Assembly (NCBI GenBank): GCA_963575745.1
Contig: CAUYUJ010000048.1
Location: forward strand, 1-64,000
Direction of reading: 5' to 3'
Source: Prorocentrum cordatum
Taxonomy: Eukaryota
Length of the DNA: 64,000 nucleotides
Of the stretch, positions 60,401 to 64,000 are shown one piece after another; the stretch's first letter is position 1, and the number at the start of each line of letters is the position of its first letter. The notes beneath the pieces were generated by a model. It saw only the letters and a list, made by a program, of their open reading frames with translations, was not told the DNA's origin and searched no databases. The translations under genes were made by a program, and so were the position numbers.

Positions 60401-60939
60401 TGAGAGGTGTGCCGAGAGCAGAGGCAAGGAGGGGGAGGAGGGAGGAAGGGGAGGAGGGGGAGGAGGAGGACGGAGGAAGGAAGGTGGGACGCGGGGCGTT
60501 GTCTTTTCAAAACGAGGACCCAACACCACAGGATGGTTGGGAAACAGTCAGGGGACGATGTTTCGACCACTCCTGAGTATTTTTGGCGTATTTCTGGTGT
60601 ATGTTTATTTTTTCATCCAAAATCCCACTGTAGGGGGGCAGGCCCGACCTAAAGCCAGGTGGGCCTGCGGCGGCCTCTCGGGTGGTGTCCCCTCCCCGCC
60701 CCCCCCCCGGCTTGAGACAAGGCTCGCCGCCGCAGCGTGCGCCGCCATTGCCCCGCACGCTGCCTGCAGTCGTCCTCTGTCCTCCAGCCCGACGCTGCTC
60801 TTCTTCTTCCTTCTCCTTCTCCTCCTCGGCGCCTTCTTCCGCCTCCTCCTCCTCCTCCTCCTCCTCCTCCTCCTCGACCTCTTCTTCCGCCTCCTCCTCC
60901 TCCTCCTCCTCCTCCTCCTCCTCCTCCTCCTCCTCCTCC

Positions 60940-61785
60940 AGACGCGATCGGCGGCGAGGACACGGCACTGCCACGTTTGCGCGGGGTCGGCGTCTCCATC
61001 GTTTGCTTCAACCAGGCCTTCCCAGAGAATGACATTAGGGGCACAATGTTCGGCCCCTTCGGGAGATCACGTCAAATTGTGGCACGAGGTGAGTTATATG
61101 GTTTGTATCTTGCATTGTGGAGCACCACGCGATGCCGGACGTTTGTCAGAGATTGTGATTATGCCGTGGCGGGATGGTACAATCGAAGATATATGAATCC
61201 AGCAGGTGATGACGTTGATTTATCGACTAGGCCAGCTCATGCGCAACAGATGTCATGATGATATCGCCATCCCGCGGAAGCACTCCCATATGACGGCCAG
61301 CGATGCGGCGGAGGGCAAAGCAGCCAGGTCGCACGTGCCCGGCAACCTCGTCGCGGACGAGTTCGCCGGATACGCCGCCAATCGTGCGAGGCTCCCCGAC
61401 AATGTCCGCCATGCAATTCTCTTTTGGATCCGCTACCCTCGCCACCGCCAAGGAATTCGTGGACTCCGACTGCCCGAAAATGTTCAACGTTGACGGGGGG
61501 GTTATTTCGCCGATCCATGGGTCGCGAATCTATATCGCGGGGGTTTGGGCCCATCAGGCGCGCACCTTGAATGTTCACCCGACCGTGCAGGTCTTGTTCT
61601 GTTCTGAATGTGGGGCGATCACCGATAAGGTTCTGCGATCCCTTCAGTCCCCCTGCTTCCGTAAGAAAACCGCTAATGGCAGAGAGTATCGCGATAGGAT
61701 TGCTAGGGGTTTACCCCCCAAAGTCGTGAGCCGTGCTGAGCAGTCAGCACGACGTCCGCATAATCTCCAGCCAAGGCCTTCGTGA
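60940..61785 (+). pseudogene. 3' LINE fragment: frameshifted RNase H plus C-terminal zinc finger
   Basis: RQIVARGELYG, RDCDY, HSH, GNLVADEFA, then FCSECG..LRSLQSPC, across three frames. The C-terminal architecture matches the two larger LINEs. Confidence 0.8.
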
Positions 61786-64000
61786 ACCATCGAACCTGCA
61801 TCTCAGCGGTGTCCACTTACTCCACTCCACTCCTCCTCCTCCTCCTGCTCCTCCTCCTCCTCCTCCTGCTCCTCCTCCTCCAGACCTCCTCTGCTCTTCC
61901 TCCTTCCATCCTCCCCTTCTCCTGTCCTCCAGACCTACTCTGCTCCTCCTCCTCCTCCTCCTCCTCCTCCTCCTCCTCGGCCTGCTCTGCTCTTCCTCCT
62001 CCCCGACCTACACTCATCTGTCCTCCGGCCCTACTCTGCTCTTCTTCCTCCGCCTCCCCCTCCCCACTCACACCTCTCTGTCCCGCTCAGTCTTCCCCCC
62101 CGACGGCAGGCGAGCGGGAGGAGTGGGAACGGGAGGGGAGGAGGTGGAGGAGGAGGAGGAGGAGGAGGAGGACTTTGTTCCCCCTTGTCGAGGGAGCGCA
62201 GCCACGGATCAAGGCGCGTGGGTTCTCAACGGGCCCCGCTCCTGTGCCTAAGCGACGGGCTCCGTCGCCCAGCCAGGCGGTACCGGCGCCATATTCTGGG
62301 GGGTAATTGCCTTCCCTGTCCTGGGACCCGCCGCCCGCGGGCCGGATCCACGGATCTCTCACCCATGCTGCAGTCATCCCGCAGAGGAAGGATGAGCAAC
62401 TCTCCGAGGCTACCCTGGCATCCTTCCCGTCGGCCATCCTGGGTCGCCTTCGCTGGCCGCGCCCTGCTCGCAGAGTGCTGACATGGCCCTCCAGGGCCGT
62501 TGCATCCTCATCGTGCGTCCTTAGTATACGGGTTGTCTGTACGTCGGCGGGGAGCGAGAGGGGGGAAATGACAAAGAGAACGCCGTCTCAGAAGGCGGCG
62601 GGACTTCTCAGAAGCCCCGCGGCCTTTTGTGAGAAGGTTCCTGTGTCTTTGGGGGAAGCTGTAAAACAACTTCTCAGACGGCTGTGGGGGACTTCCGAGC
62701 CTTCTGAGAAGACCTCCCCCTTCTCACGTTATCCCCTCGCTCGTCGCCGAGTACCGTGTGCCCAACGCCTCTCGTCGTCCTCTTCCTCCTCCTCCTCCTC
62801 CTCCTCCTCCTCTTCCTCCTCATCGTCCTCGTCCTCCTCCTCCTCCTTCTTTTCCTCCTCCTCGTCCTCCTCTTCCTCCTCCTCCTGCTCCTGCTCCTCC
62901 TCCTCCGCCCCCCCCCCCCCCTCCGCCTCCTCCGCCCCCCATCCCTTCCCCGCCGAGAGGCGCCGCCGGCCGGGAGCGCCCTCCGGGCCGTCGCCTCGAC
63001 GGCGTCGGCCGCGCCCTCGGCCCAATCGGCCCGGCGGAGGAGCCGGCACAGCATCGGTGCCTCGAGCTCGGGGCGCGGACCTCATCGGGGTCCTCCCCCA
63101 TTGCTCCTCCTCCTCCTCCTGCTCCTCCTCGTCCTCCTCCCTCTCCTCCTCCTCCTCCTCCTCCTCCTCCTCCTCCTCCTCCCTCCTCCTCCTCCTCGTC
63201 CTCCTCCTCCTCCTCGTTATCCTCCTCCCCCTCATTCTCCTCCTCCTCCTCCTCCTCCTCCTCGTTATCCTCCTCCCCCTCATTCTCCTCCTCCTCCTTC
63301 TCCTCCTCCTCCATCGGGCCGGCGGAGGGGCCGGCCCCCAGCCAGCGGGTGTCGCGGGAGGGGGATCGTGTTAGTTCGAGCCCACTTCGGCCCCAATTCG
63401 ACTCAGTTCCGACTCATGCATGTTCGACGCAAGCTCGGGTCATGTTCGGCTCGAGTCGGCGGATGTTCGAGGCAGCATCGGCGCATGAATGGAGCGAGTG
63501 GCTCTCGGAAGGTCCCCATACCGAGTCTTCTTCTGCCGAAATCTTGTAGCCGCAACCTGTCGGGTGGGCAAAACGGGCCCCAGTGAAGGGTTCAGACCTC
63601 CAGGGGTTCGCGTTGTGAAAAAATCGCGAGGTCGAGGCTCTGGGCGATAATCTTAACCGAAGTTCGAGGGTCGACGATTTCGGTTGTGCTTTGCCTCTTT
63701 CGGGCGTCTGGGATCGTTCTCGTCGCCGTTTTTGGCGGACCGCGGCAATCCGACGAATAACACAGCTACATGAGCGTAAGCCTTCAGAAGTTCGCGACGG
63801 CTTCTTGGATCTGCGCTGGCGCTGGCTCGCCCTCTCAGGGCGCGCGAAGCTCGGCAGTGCCGGAGTCGGAGGCGCCGCCAGGGCGGTCCAACGCCGAACC
63901 AGGAAATCCATGCAGACCTGAGATTCTGCGTAAAGAGATCACTCTGGCAGTGACGGCGGCAATCCTAACATCAACACGGAGTACCCATACCCCATCGCGC

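Overview
This is GC-rich, repeat-dominated eukaryotic DNA. It is almost certainly dinoflagellate nuclear DNA, because an exact 22-nt dinoflagellate spliced leader (DinoSL, TCCGTAGCCATTTTGGCTCAAG) lies at 49184-49205. Most of the window is retroelements, satellites and microsatellites, and most ORFs in the six-frame track are artefacts. The main element is an apparently intact non-LTR retrotransposon (about 49184-55850). It begins exactly with the spliced leader and has an ORF1 with a zinc finger and coiled coil. Its ORF2 (APE endonuclease, RT, zinc finger, RNase H, zinc finger) has no local AUG and joins ORF1 through a CTT-TGA-C +1 shifty-stop motif. Other elements are a related 5'-truncated LINE with one nonsense codon (about 6800-10780), a decayed Penelope-like element with GIY-YIG upstream of RT and pseudo-LTRs (about 12470-16106, minus strand), a decayed minus-strand LINE-like relic with RNase H before APE, an RNase H fragment, gag-like relics and a candidate MITE. 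Repeats include a 6.4-kb 11-bp satellite interrupted by a palindrome array and several tandem and dispersed families. One probable host exon is visible. Domain calls come from motif recognition by eye; no database searches were run, and boundaries of decayed elements are approximate.
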